From contig OZ176052.1 of assembly GCA_964247055.1 (NCBI GenBank), forward strand, positions 9,052,001-9,116,000: a stretch of DNA of 64,000 nt, in the 5' to 3' direction. Positions 14,001-28,393 of the stretch are shown piece after piece. The notes beneath the pieces are model-generated. The model worked only from the letters and a program-made list of their open reading frames with translations, was not told the DNA's origin and made no database searches. The DNA comes from Paragordius varius. Taxonomy: Eukaryota; Animalia; Nematomorpha. Position 1 is the stretch's first letter, and each line of letters starts with the position of its first letter. A program made the translations under genes and the position numbers.

Positions 14001-15689
14001 TTGACTTTTTTGTTTTATTTTTAACTTTTATCAATCAAATCGTATGTCATTCATTTATTTTATCGTTTTTAACCTATTTCTATTATTTAGCATATATTTT
14101 AAAACAATATCAACTTTTAATCATTCAGATACCGTGTATCTTTATTAATTTTTTTATTTATAATAAGAATTTAACACCTAATTAAAAAAATACAAGTTTT
14201 CTGGGTTATTATTAACAATTTTTTATTGAAAACATTTAAAAGTTAATAATTGTGTTAAATTGGGAAAAAAATAGTTTGACACAAACAAGTGGAATAAATA
14301 TATAATAAAAAAGAAAATTAGGTTAAAAAATAATAAAATAAATAAATGCAAATATTATGATTAAATTAACACTTAAAAATTATAAAGACCAACTCGAAAT
14401 GTTCAAAGACCAACTGAAGTGCTCAAGGACACTCTTGGAGTGCAAATGGTATATATTCGAAAGTATAGCGCTTTTTGGTTCTTATATTTTCACCAGTTTT
14501 CCATTTATCTTATGTTTTATAGATTGTATCATTAAATTTTTTAAGGGTGATAACATTGTTCAAAAAATATCTATACCACGCGTTAGCTTATTGTTTTCAT
14601 AATTTTGGGTGTAGTTGAGCTGTAGTAAAGCGTCATTAACATAACTAATCTACCCAATTTTTCTCTCATTACTGTCAGCCCTAAACAGGTGAGTGTTAAA
14701 GCTTTTAAGGGTCCTTACAGCAATCATGCTTACCCTAAATGAAAAAAAAGCAAAATTATTGCTATTTATTTTATAGCATTTTAACATATTAGGCTGAAAA
14801 TCCGAGTGCATCGAATGATGAAGGTATAACCGCATTGCATAATGCTATTTGCGCCGGTCACTTAGATATTGTTACTTTTCTCATAGAATTTGGCTGTGAT
14901 ATTAATGCTTCAGATAGTGATGGATGGTATGTTGCTTTAATAAATATATAATAGTCCATGTTCTAAAACCTTTTGTAAAATTTTTATAAAGATAAAATTA
15001 AATTTAGATTTGAAATTTATTATTATTGATTATATGATACGTATTTAATTAGGATTAATTTTATAAATTTTTTATATTAAAGATTCTGCATTAAACTTTG
15101 AATAGTTTTACGCTGCAACGGTTTAAATCTATTTATATTTCTTAACGTCTAAAACTTTCATTAAGATTCATAGTATTGGTAATTGTTTTTATTCCATTTT
15201 ATTTCTATTAAAAATAAGTTAAATGATTGTGGGATAATTTTATACACCTTTTAAAGTTTATTAAATTCCAAATGAATCACTTATTTAATTAACTCGCCTG
15301 TGATAATTCATTGATCATACAGGACACCACTCCACTGTGCCGCCTCATGTAATAATTTAACAATGGTTAAATTGTTGGTACGTAACGGAGCCAGTCCGTA
15401 TGCCACAACTATTTCGGATCAGGAAACACCCTTGCAAAAATGCGATTATTTGCCTCAACATCCATTTATTTTTGGGGAGACGACAAATAATTCACAATAC
15501 CTTTCCCTTAATAATGTTGTTGGAAATGGTAATGGTACCACGAATTTCGAAAAAACTGTCTCCGCTGTTGTGAATGACATACTAAGACTTTTTTCCCAAA
15601 ACACAGATGAACACGGGCAAGGAGATTTGGAACAAAAACTAGAGTTTATTTTGGACAATAAAACGAATACTTGCGCTACATACATTTGT

Positions 15690-15730
<41 letters not shown>

Positions 15731-16471
15731 TAATAATTTATTACTATTAATAAAGAAAGTAACTTTTATCTGTTTTAATTTGCATTATAGTCATACAAAA
15801 CATTATGGGATTTGTTTGGAACGGTCGGGTATATGCTCTATATTCTTATGATGCTGAAAATGAAGATGAGCTTTCTTTTATATGTGGTCAAGAACTTTAT
15901 ATCTTGGCGATCAGCCCTACATTGCATCCAGATAATAAGAATGTTTCATCCCCAACTCACAAACGAGAAAACCAAAATGATTTATTCAAGAATATTAAGA
16001 ACAACATTTTACTTACACAAGATTGGTGGTTAGCTAAAGATTTAAATGGAAACATGGGTTTAGTCCCTAGAAACTACATTGGGGTATTAATTACTTTTTA
16101 TTTGTATATTGAATATCATAATGCTTCCTTAACAAGAGAAAAATAACACCCGATTCCTTTTAATGATTCCAGTGTTGGGAATATACATGTTATTTGCATC
16201 ATCACCACTTTTAAAAATAAAAATTTTAACTAACATACAATAATTTATTTCAATATTTATTTTTCATTGTGATGATTAAAATATTTGCAAAGTTTATTAG
16301 TAATTATTCGGCTCTTTTATCGGTTTTCTCAAATTGTATCAGTTAAAATAGTTATAAGGTTAAAAAAGTTTTATTATAGAAGTTTTCTGGGTGTATACTA
16401 TTAAATATTAATAAATATCAATTTTTATCTTTTTATAGCTTTACAAACGAGTTGTCGGATCACTTTCATAA
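8075..16471 (+). CDS. ASPP: ASPP-family protein (apoptosis-stimulating of p53 / PP1 regulatory subunit 13; TP53BP2/PPP1R13B-like), ~1342 aa
   Basis: Exons 8075-8207, 8900-9178, 9326-9558, 9617-9830, 10117-10373, 10910-11412, 11487-12346, 12434-12829, 13031-13356, 14793-14926, 15323-15690, 15791-16083, 16439-16471; all GT-AG and phases close (4029 nt). Diagnostic motifs: [61 protein letters not shown]3 ([17 protein letters not shown]...WW...[11 protein letters not shown]), and coiled-coil [17 protein letters not shown]. The start codon is less certain than the C-terminal half. Confidence 0.92.
13273..13284 (+). other. PP1-docking RVxF motif (RVSF) of ASPP
   Basis: CGT GTT TCA TTT immediately before ankyrin repeat 1, the conserved ASPP position; a SILK-like KSCLKK lies upstream in the same exon. 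Confidence 0.85.
14679..14688 (+). other. Candidate 10-nt poison microexon in ASPP intron 9
   Basis: ACTAATC branch-like motif, TTTTTCTCTC tract, CAG acceptor, CCCTAAACAG, then GTGAGT donor. Confidence 0.35.
15692..15723. repeat. (TA)n microsatellite at the 5' end of ASPP intron 11
   Basis: About 16 TA units directly after the donor G. Confidence 0.9.
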
Positions 16472-19400
16472 AACCGACCCATTCAACAGAAATTAGAAGA
16501 TTTATATAATTTATTTGGTTAAAAAGTACTCATTGCCATACAATTACAAAACTACTTTCATTTACAGAATAGTTACTCAAGCAGAATTTGATTGCATTTA
16601 ATAATTATAGCATTTTTTTATTTCTTATATCAAATTTTTTACATCGCTATATTTATGATCGTTTTATACACCAAAACTACATTATATTTTTATCTAAAAA
16701 ATATAAATAATTATAGATGATAAACCAATATACCTATGTATTTTATAGCAAAATTAGTTTATATTAACCTTTTTATATTATCACTTAAGATGGTAATAAA
16801 TGATTTACGGATGCATTTTTTGTTTTTGCCGTTTTTTGGTTACATAAAAACAACGTTAAAAGTATATAAGATGGAAAAAAATTCCTAAAAAGTGGTAATA
16901 ACTTGTATGTTTTCGTAATTTTTGACATTTCTATTTTGGTGGCAAAAAAGCTTATGGTGTAGAGAGCAGCATTTATATTATTTATGTAGATAATGGGATT
17001 TCCCAGAAAACTTTTTAAGTATAGTTGTATTACAGCCTAATCAATTAAAAATAACTTGTTTATTGTAAAAGTTTTGTTTCACCTTTTATTAACAATGTTT
17101 TATCTTTCTCTTGTGCTTTTTACGGACTCTAAATTCAGGAGAAAAAAGGTGTAAATAACCAAATAATATAAAATTTCTTACAATAACATGTCCATTTTGG
17201 AATTAGGATCAAAAATATGATTTCTCAAAACAATTAAAAAATTTATTTCGATACACTTTTATATAATTGATTTAAAATAACCAAAGTAAATAATCATTAA
17301 ATTAATTATCGTCTGCTTTTAATTGTGGCATCTTTTTTAGTCTGATAAATAATTCTAATTTATTACACTTAATTCGAATTGAAGGTTTATGATAAATATA
17401 TTTTTTTTAATTTCTATATTTAATTTCAGACCTAATTAGCATATTTATATAGACCATCAGTTTTATCAAACTATTTAAGTTCATTTCGTATGGATATATG
17501 GAAAATAAAAAATTTTAACCTTTATGCATAATCTAAAAGTTTTGAAATATTTTCAAAGTTGCCTTTGCAAAAATTTTTTCCCCTGGCTATTTTCACGTTT
17601 TAATATTTTTAGTACAAACCTTAATTTTATGTTAAAACAATATAACTTTTCATCAATTATGTCTAAAAGTTTTAAATATAATAAATGATAAACGTACAAT
17701 TTCTTTTGAGATCAACTCGTTAATGTATTACTTATATATTAGAAATATCCTGAAGTGAAAATTCTATTTTTAGTTATTAAATCATTTTCAACATATCGAA
17801 ATGTTGGAAGCAATTAAATTAAAACTAGTGATAATAAATTTGAACGTTACAGTAGTTTATGTCTATAATACAGGTTTTATTATATGAATTTATCTTAAGG
17901 TAAATTCTTCTATAAATGGTTAATTTATGTGTCGACATTGGGTTCAGAATATTAATAACCTAATTGATGTGACAATCGGTAATTTTATTTGATCATATAT
18001 TTAAAATTTTTGTTTATTAATGTTGTCACAAAATCCCTAAATATAATTTGAACGTGCTATATATTTTAGTTTCGATACCATATTTAGAATATAAACAATT
18101 TTTTTACAAATACCAATAAATAATAATCGATACTTTAATAAATATATTTAAAATATGGAAATATTGGCATGAAACCGAAAACACTAAGTTTTGGTTAGAT
18201 ATTCCTGGCTGAACAGTCTCGCTTGACCAATAATTTCAACGTGCTTATAATTATTTTTTGTACATATCTTCTGAAACTAATCGAAATTATATCTTTATAA
18301 TGCGATTTGAATTGCCCCCATTTATATATTATAAAAATTTATTTATTAGCGGTTTTAATTGATAATATTTGACGGTTTATGAAACATTGAGATTTAGAAA
18401 ATTATATGTTACATAATAATTACGAAAAGAGTTTTACCGGTTTCGTTTTTATAAGTGCAAGGGGGCCCGCTTAATATCATAATTAATTAAGTTGTTACTG
18501 AAAGTAAACGTAAGGCAAAAAAATTATTTCAATGTGTTATCTGTTCGCAATTCGTTAATTTGACAATAATAATAAGTGCAACTATTTGAAAACCCCTTAA
18601 AATTATTATGTTTACACAATTCAAATTATATTTTTGTTGATGCTCTAATCTACCTTATCTGATTCGGTATATTATGTATATTTAATTTTTTAATCTCTTT
18701 TTTGCCTTTATTGTGGGTATGGTTGTAAGGTTAATTATGAACCACTTCAATTGCCCTTATGTTACAAATGTTAGTTCTTTATTAACCCGATTGTGTGAAA
18801 AAATACAGATTCGCATTATCTATTTAATTATATATTAAAATCTATTTTCACTTTCAATTGCTATTCAGTTTTTCTAATAATTATATAATATTTAATTATT
18901 CTACGGATATATGTGAAAAAATAAAAAAAAAATTATATTTAAATGTTTTCAACTGTTTTGGCTCTGTATGATGGATTTAAAACACCTACAATTTGGGAAG
19001 GTGAATATCACTTTGAACGATTAAAATATTAGGGCGTAATTTAAAAATCTTTCAACCACAAAACGAGTAGATATTAATATTTTCACCATTGGAATTGAAA
19101 TGATTTCGAAACCGCGACATATATAAGGCTAGTTATGGCAAATTGGACAAATTCGGTTCCTTAGGAATAAATCACTATAAATCTAAGGGTATCACATTAG
19201 CATATTTGTATTAGGACTATTTATATTAACTTGATGCTTTAAATGTAAATATAATATCTTTCTGATTTTCAATTAAGTTAGAAACTAATATTTTATATTT
19301 TTAAGTGTTATAAAAACATATTTTTAAATCAATCACGTAAATTAAAATAGTGTTTTTAGTTAACTTCACATTCACTCTTTAAAGTATTTTAAATTTTGAT

Positions 19401-22400
19401 TTATGATTTTAAATTTATTTGCTAGCTTTCCTCATTATTAATTTTGTTTGTCAGAAAAAATATTTCAGGCTCCGACAAAATCTATGAAATTAACGATAAT
19501 AAATATAACTAAAATTGTTTTTGATAAAAAAATTTTTAAATTTTTCCTACATTTAAAAAAGAACTGATAATAAAATAAAAAATATCATCCCTCTTCACTT
19601 ATTAATAGTGTGTGACAACATCAGTGGTATTGCAAGAAAAATTAATTAAATCAATTTTCGGACACTCTTTATAAATGTGCTATTTTATGGATAAGAGAAA
19701 GCTAACACAATTGTGTTTCTACTTTCCTTTTTTAATAACTCTCCTCCAATAAATTAATTTATATAACTTTCTGTTTTTAAAGCTAACCTAAAACATAGTT
19801 TTTGTCATGGTTTGGATTTAGATCCAAAAACACCATAAATTTTATATATTTATTAGCTTAGGTTACTGTTTTAATTTAAATTTTATTTCATTGGAGTTTT
19901 GTTTTAACAACGCAAATTCCAATCAAAAGCACACATATTTTGCATATAAAACAAAAAGTATTAATAAATAACATTCTCAAACAACCACATAACAATCTAT
20001 GTGTTAGAATTAACTATTGGCCTTAATTAAATACTAAAAAAAGAACCACCAAAAAATGTCCAAGTTGTTGAAATGATAGGAGGAGAAAATTTTATTGGTT
20101 TAAGTTATTAAGTTAGAAATGACAATACATAGTTATTATTTTTGATGAACATTAAAAAGATGACAACACTTTTTTCAATTGATTAAGTATGAGGAATTTT
20201 TGGCCATTTTTTTTTACTTTTTTTGCCAAGTTATTATTATTTAGTATAGTTAATAAATATTGTTTTGTCCGAGTTAAAATTATGAAGCCTTGTTCAATAA
20301 ACGCTTGTAATTAAATTTTATATGTTAGGTTTTTTTTCTCGCTTTTGTAACTCATCTATCTATCTACGAACCTACAGAATTGGCGCTGATTGATTGAGTA
20401 ACAAGAAGTATTTTTTTAATTAATTTTTTGCTTTTTATTTAATAATTTTAACCTTGCGATTTAATTTTTGCGTTTAACTGTTTTAATCTATAAAAGACAG
20501 CACTGAAAGTTGTTATATAGCGCATGTATAAAAAAATATATATTGGTGTTATGGCTAAATGTAAAACATGAAATTTAATTTTGAAAAAAATATAAATCAA
20601 CCCATACATTTTAGTATATGATTAAATATTTGTCTATATTTTATTGATTAACTTAGTTTAACCGATTCTAATTAAGTTTATATTCAGTTCCGTGGCTAAA
20701 TGAATCATCCACAATACGCACGGTATGATCAGAGCGAAAGATTTAATCTAATGACCATCGCCTGCGAATATCAAAAAAGCCGCTCTCTTAAAAAATACAA
20801 CTCAGAAAGGCGAAACTCATGAAAAAAATAAAAAGCATAGGACTAAAAAGTTATGGGCCTCTTTGCTTTAAAGTTCATGGTATTTGTATCTTCACGCACC
20901 TCTCAGTTTTGCATTTTCATTCTAATGTTGTTTAAGTTGTGTTGTTAAATTTTTAACCACATGTTCAAAATCCCGAAATCATATTAATATAGCGTAGATT
21001 TCGTAAAAAAGGATCAAAATGGACCCATGCGAATAAAATGCTTTTCTTTTATTTGACATTTCCATCAGCAGCTTACCAAAAAGGAAACTTTTTCGAATAC
21101 CGAGTTTTTTTTAAATCGATCGCAAATTTTATAATTTAATTGAACGCCATCGCGTTTAGGCACCGGGTTTATAAATGGGTTTGACAGAGATTACTAAAAA
21201 TAATATAATGCTAATAATTTTTACATTTGATATTTCAATTCAAAATTTTGTATTTATTAGATTAGAATGACGTTAAAAACTGCGTTATTTAACATGTTAT
21301 AAAAACATCGGCTATTAGATATATCTCGGTTAAAAGCCCTTATCTCAAAGTCATAAAGGGACAATACAAAATTATAAATTGTCCATATAATATTTTAGAA
21401 ATTTAATTTTGATTTTAACAAATAATTTTAAAATTGAACGGTATATTGGTTGAATTTTAAATATTCTATTTAATGTTTGATTAAGCATAATAAAAGTAAT
21501 GTTGAACCCTTATATATTTAATGGAGGGTTAAAATAAAAAAATTCTAAAAATCTGTTTGAAATTTAATTTAAATAAATATTATGAATTATGTTGGCTTCA
21601 AACGGATAAATATTAAAAATAATTGACAGTTAAAGTTGAAATCCGCTCTAACGGTAGAATAGAGGAAAGCTATGAGGAATTGAAAAATTTTAATTAATAT
21701 TTTCAAATATATTTTAAATTATTTTTTGAATAAATTTTATTTATGAAATTCGCATTTATCCAAAAAACAACGACTTATAAATTATCATTTTAGGTATACT
21801 ATTTGAAAAGGGGGAGAGATTGTAATTTAAAAATTGATACAAACTTAAATATTTCATATTCAATTTCACATTCAATTTAAATTTACTACTTGCTAGTTTG
21901 CATTTTAATCCACACAAAATATTAATTTTTATCATGATTCCTCGTATACTTTAGGGATTTAAATTTTGGTTCCAAAAAATAATTATTATTTTTATTTTAA
22001 TTTAAATCTTAATTTACACTTTCCCTTGCTCTAAATTTATTTAAAATTTTATAATTATTATTATTATTTTTATTATCACAAACGAATCCCTAATTTTTAT
22101 GGTAAATGTCTTCAAATCTTAATTCATTTTAGCGTTTTATAGGGGCTTTATTTAGCCCTTAAAACTAAGAGAGGAAATCATAAAAATAAATCACAACCAA
22201 TCAATATCCTTAATTTAAAAAAGTAATTATACCCCATAATCAAAAAAACTTAGCAAACTACAGCTTTTTCAATCTGTCAAATAAGAGACCATATATTTTA
22301 AATATTGCGTGAAAAAGTCTCAAAATTTTAATCTAAATAAAAATAGATGGTTTTATTGGATTAAGTTTTAAACATTATATGGATACATTCATGTACATCC

Positions 22401-25400
22401 GTTGATACTTAAAACTTATCAGCGATTTAGCGGGAAAACACGAAAATATATATGCCAAATTGTTACAAAGTTTAAAGCCAGAATAAATATTTTTTCGTAA
22501 GATACTGTGCACAAAACAATAAAATATTGTGACACCTATCTAAAATTTGATATATTAAGAATATTTATTTGACTAAAAAAATTGATAAACTTATCATCAC
22601 CGATTAATTATCGTATGAGAGCTAGTAAAAAAACCTTAAGAAAATTTCAAAAATTAAAATGTTATAATAAATAAAAATTATCATAATATTCCAATTTAAT
22701 TGCTGTGTCATTTGGCACAGAAAATGTTAATAAAAAATACTAAATATTTCAAATGTCAAAAGTATTTGCAGAGTTTTTAATCTAAGCTATATAATGTAAG
22801 TGGTTAACTAAATTCTATTACATTTTAAATGGATTAAAATTAAATTATAATATTTTTCAAAACCCTATGGTGGTATTTTTAAAGATTTCTAACCATGAGT
22901 TCACAATATTTTATGTTGCCCGCGCACCATATAACTTTTAATGTTGTGTTTATATTTCTTGCCAAAAAACTGAATAACATGTATATCAATTTAATATTAA
23001 TCTTACTAAAGAATTTTAAATTTTATTACACCTTTTGACTCATCATGTTCACGAAAGAGGCCTTGTGAACTTTCTGGTTTAGCTTTAAATGATCCAAACA
23101 AACATGAAATTAATAATACAAACTAACAGTGATGTTGTGATACTATATAGATTTTATAATATAAAAGTTCGAATAATTTTAGTAGAATTTGAATGCAATA
23201 ACATCTTTTTATATTCTAAAAAATTATCTTTTTCGTAGATATCTTTTATATCATTATCCGTTTGATTAAAACAACTTTAAACTTATGCAGTTGTTCAAAA
23301 TCGTAAGCTTTACTACACACATTTTAAACTAACTTTTTTTCGTTTAACTAAATCTAATCTTTTTCACTCGTATTTGATTTGGAGATTATTAAACCACAAT
23401 TTTTTTGAAAAAAACTAGCCAGAAACAAAATTAAATTAATATTAGATAGCGAGGAAAAAAATATGAACTTTTTTTAGCAACAAATGCAAGTTTTTTTTAA
23501 TTTCTTCAATTCCAAATTATAATATTTTTTATAATAAAAAACTAAAAATTCTACATTTTTCGTAATTTGGTAAATCGGAAATTTTCATAAAACTTCCCCA
23601 CCAGCAGTATCCAGGTCTAAAATATTATCACACTAAATATTAGTCCGAATAGAATATAGCCAGAATTCGATGGGTTATATAGTCAACCTTTGTACAATAA
23701 GCGTATTAATTTGGAATAATGCATGCAAAATTATTATTGACGACATATAACAAAAAAACTTCGTTTTTGGTGACAAAATCAGTCTAAAGTTTATTTATAA
23801 CAAAAAACGAAGCTAAAAAATTAAAATTATTCCGACAAAATGTAAAGACAAGGGAGACATTATTTTTTAAAAAAACAGCCATACTTTTTCAAACCTATAT
23901 TTTTCCTGAGTTAACTATATAATTACAATCACAAAATATATAATTGAGTGTGTTACTACTACATCTCTATTCACTGTTTTGTAGCCCAAAATTATAAGTT
24001 ATATAAAAATCAAGGTAAAAAAATATTTGTGTTTTAGTGTTTGAATTTTGCCTGTATATTTTATATTTGACTGTAAAATTTTTATATATTTGTCGGTTTT
24101 ATGAGCTTATTTATGATATAAAATATATGATTTAGGACGCACTATTTACATTAATAAACAAATATTCTCTTCTATCAGTCAAAAACTTATTTTCCTTACA
24201 CATTAGTTCGAATAATAATATAAATAGGGGAAAACGCGTCAGCAATATTTAATATGCTGATATTTTCATAAAAAAATTCGCAAAATATTAAGTTGCATCA
24301 TAGGGACAGTGTATAATAAATCCATCCAAGATTCATATAAACATTTTCCATACAAATCGACGCAGAAAAGACTTGTATCTTACCAATTTTTTAATTTAGA
24401 GGTTACTAAAAATTGTTTAAATATTCTGTCACAACTTAAGTTCTCCATACCAAATTTCGGGTTCAATTTTTAAAATTTAAGCTTATTTCCACCTCGAATT
24501 GTATAGATAAAATATTAATAAATGTTAGCGGTTTTAAATTCCATGTTGATTTCCAAATTAAAAATTATCTAAAAACTCCCTTTTTACATAAAGCGTATAT
24601 CATTTTTTAACTGGGTTGTATTGAATATATATAGTAATTTGATAGTTTAAATATAAAAATTAAATTTTTTTACCGCATAATTGAAAGTTTTTTGGTTTTG
24701 ACCAAATAAATATTTTGCATCAAATTACCTAAATGATTCATATTAACAAACATATTTTGCTGACACGTCCCCCTAATGTGTTAATTTTAATTCTACCTAA
24801 TGTCCGAAAAAATTGAATTTTTCGATTTTGGCTTATAGAAGAAAAACTGAATTAACAGTTTTTATGGTATTTTAACCCCATTTTTTATATCGATGAATAT
24901 TCTAATTATAAGATTTACTTTATACCACTATTCACGCTGCTCATAAAAATAAATGATCACGGTTAACCCAATTTTATACAAAAAAAAAGTTTATGCTACA
25001 AGTTTTTATGTTGAAGGCATCTAAACCAATTGGGACCATTATATTATTTTAAGTATTTTTTAACGGTTTACAGTAAATTAACACTTTAGATACATCATAT
25101 CTTTCCAAAAGCTTAGCTTTATTTGTTTTGTAATTAGCCAAGCCACCAAAACAAACCAACACATAAAAGAAGATGTTATTAATAAATATCTCATAAAAAA
25201 TATTTATATTCTTTATATTTTTGAACTTTTTAAACCTTTTACTCTATCTATCTTTCTCATGATGTTTTTTTAGTATATATTTACTTACTTTTTACACTTT
25301 TTTGATTCAATTTCTTTATTTTTTGAGTTACCAAACACACATAGTTATAACATAATTAATAGTTTACAAATTATTGAACTTTCTCGGAATTTCCCCAGGT

Positions 25401-26839
25401 ATGTTTCTCGTTAAATATATTATAATTTTATATTATCTTAATTTGGTGGCATATTTATTTTACAATACCATTCATTATTACATAATATAAAATTAATAAC
25501 GTGTGTATAACATTTATTCAAAATATTGTATATATCTGTAATGAGAAAATTATTTTATTATTCGATGTACAAAATGGGCATTTCTCATAATTCGTCGTTT
25601 TCAGAAATTTTCATCATGAATTATGGTATGAATTCATATGAAGTTTGATTCTTTGTTAAATATATGTTTTTACAGATTTCCCATATATATATATATATAT
25701 TATTGCCCTGTTATAAAACTCATCTAATAAGCATCATAAAAATAAATGATGATTGGAATTTAAGAGGGTTTTCATGTGCGAAAGCAAAATTATTTAGGTC
25801 TAATTGTTTGAATTACGTATTGGGTCCACCGAACCCCACATTCCATATTTTTCAAATAAATTCATTAATATACAAAAATAATCCATAAAAACTTTAAAAG
25901 GATTACTATTTTAAAATTACAAGCGTGTTGGAAAAATTTTAGGCCGAAATCTAACATTTTCTCTTGAAACAAAAATAAATAAATAATTTTAATTTGTCCA
26001 AATTTAAATTAAATCAAATAAATATTATTTTTATGGGATATTTTAACGAAGATGGCCCTTTCGTTCATTATAATATCAATTTAGAGAAAATATTTAAATA
26101 CTTTAGCAATAATATTTTTTAGATCGCTTTCAAAAAAAGCTATTTATTATCATTTAACTTTAAATACTTATAATTTACCACTTTTCATTGTGCCTTATCT
26201 TTCAAATAATGTCGCAAAGATTAGTTAAAAGAGTAGACGTTGAACGTATCTGATTTATTTTTAACCCTATTTAGAGACTTTTTATAATATAACTTTTTTT
26301 TAATAAATTTATGTATAAATATATACTATAGTTTAAGAGAGTATAAATTGAATTGAATTGAATTATAATTATAGCGGTAACACCCGCTTTTTAATATATA
26401 TTACAGTTTCTGATATCTATTTCTTTCATTATTATTTTTAAAAAGCCAGTGCTTATCATTGGATGGTTATATTTTTTATACACGGAGAGGAATTAATTGC
26501 AAACTTTGAGACATTATTAATTTATGTTTCGTGTTAAATTTTTGTTAACATTTAAATTAAAGTATATGTATTTATCCTTACTTAACGTCGCTGAATAGTG
26601 AAGGGCAATGACAGGCCGCCCCTATGTTACTTAATTTTTAATGCCAAAAAATAGTTTTACTGTTAGATTACACGACAAACGATTATACTAATCCACAAAA
26701 AATGGAATTTATTTTTATGTTGGATAAAAGAGGGAAATATAGTTAAGAAATTATATTAATTTAGTTTAAAGTATTTAAAAAGGTTGTATATAGATACAAT
26801 ACCCGGATCGATTAAAAAGATCCAATACCCAAACACCTA

Positions 26840-28140
26840 AGGGGAACTACGCAGTCATAAAGGAAGTGCCAAGGTGAAAATTCCAAATGGATCTCACAAA
26901 TGGGTGTTTTAAGGGGGTAATATCAGGTCAAATTATTAAATTATCAAAACTTCCTTAAAACAATGCCAGTAAATGTATGAAAACAGTTAAGGTTTAATGC
27001 AGCCAAACCTGCAAACCTGATATACCAACAGAAAAATTTGGAGCAGAAGGGAAATAGTTTTTAAGTAACAGAAGTAAGAGAAAGGTAAAATGAACTTGAA
27101 ACCTATATCTGGCAAAGATAATTCAGAGAAGCGCGGAATTAGAGCCCATATATTTTAAGGGCAGAGATTGAACCAGCTCTTAAACTGATGACTAACAACA
27201 AAGCATTGGGATTATACCATAAGCCTATCGCATCCATACAATCCAGAGCTTAACCTACACAACTTTATGGTTAGACATAAGAGTGCCTGTACCAACTGTG
27301 TATCTTTCAATATATAAAAAAAATGATATATTAAATTGTGATAATTATCAAAACATAGCCCATATAAGTCGTGCTATTTTGTGCTTAAGATAATTCAAAA
27401 ACGTTAAATAAATAGTGTCAGAAATATCTGTAAATCATGCTAGGAAAGAAGTACAAGAGATTTTATTAGAGATGAGAAGATTAATGAAAACACTAACGTT
27501 TTAAAGGTTAATATTGTGTGATTTATTGTTTATAAACAGGCTTTTATCCCAATAAAAGAAAGCTTTAGGGAAAATAGGAATATCAGCTAATATATATTAT
27601 TTGTTCTTAATATCCAAAATAGACGCCATAATTAAACACTAGCGGGCGCAGAGGAAGATGTTTCGTCGAAAGGAGTTAGGCAAAGGTGCTGCTCTCACGG
27701 TGGAAATATTGATGAAAAAGATTGATACTAAGGATATAAGAGAAATATTACCGATGATACCACCGAAGGATTTATAATTACTGATAGGGTGTTCCAAAAA
27801 AGCTTGTATGGCATCTTAACCTAATTCAAACTAAGATTTTATGTGTAGGAAAAAAAAGCGCAATAGCTTTAGGAGGCGAATAATAACAAAAAATTATTCG
27901 ACAGCTAATTTAAAAAAAGATTGGGAAAAGATGCGTATTTTATAAATATACAATGATATAATAAGAGAGTAGAAACCAAAATACTTAATTTCTGGAACGA
28001 CATATAAATAAAAGGATTGGATTCTCAGAAAAAGGAATTCAAATAATCCCTAATGGCCTTTAAAAGAAGCTGTTTTTATAGAATGCTTGGTTACATAGGA
28101 CGGTTAAAATCAGTAACCAAAAGACATTTAATAATTCCAA
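26840..28140 (+). mobile_element. Decayed non-LTR retrotransposon (LINE; RTE/CR1-like) reverse-transcriptase relic
   Basis: Colinear degenerate RT motifs with stops and frameshifts: IYKKNDILNCDNYQNIAHIS (27310-27370; cf. KKGD..C.NYR.IS), FIVYKQAF (27522; cf. FIDYKQAFDS), GVRQ (27672; cf. GVRQG), LGYIGRL (~28085; cf. W.GH..R). Boundaries are approximate. Confidence 0.7.
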
Positions 28141-28150
28141 ATAAAACTTT

Positions 28151-28393
28151 CAGAGCCGTAGCTTGCATTTCTGGCGCCTGCGCATGAATCCGTGATGGCG
28201 CCCCCCGCTCCCTTCATGCAACCCCTTTTAAAAAATAGTCAAATTAAAACCGTACTTATAGATGGTTGATTTTTATGTATCATTTATAATAATAACTTTT
28301 ACCTATTTTTTTGAAATAAAATTATTTTTATAAAATCCGGGGTTCCTTCAACTATGGCGCCCGGTGCGGCCCTCCCCCCTAAAAACGCTATGG
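28151..28393. mobile_element. GC-rich MITE relic (GGCGCC-rich ends)
   Basis: CAGAGCCGTAGC...TGGCGCCTGCG...TGGCGCCCCCCG and TGGCGCCCGGTGCGGCCCTCCCCCCT ends around an AT-rich core; TIR/TSD not cleanly recoverable. Confidence 0.4.
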
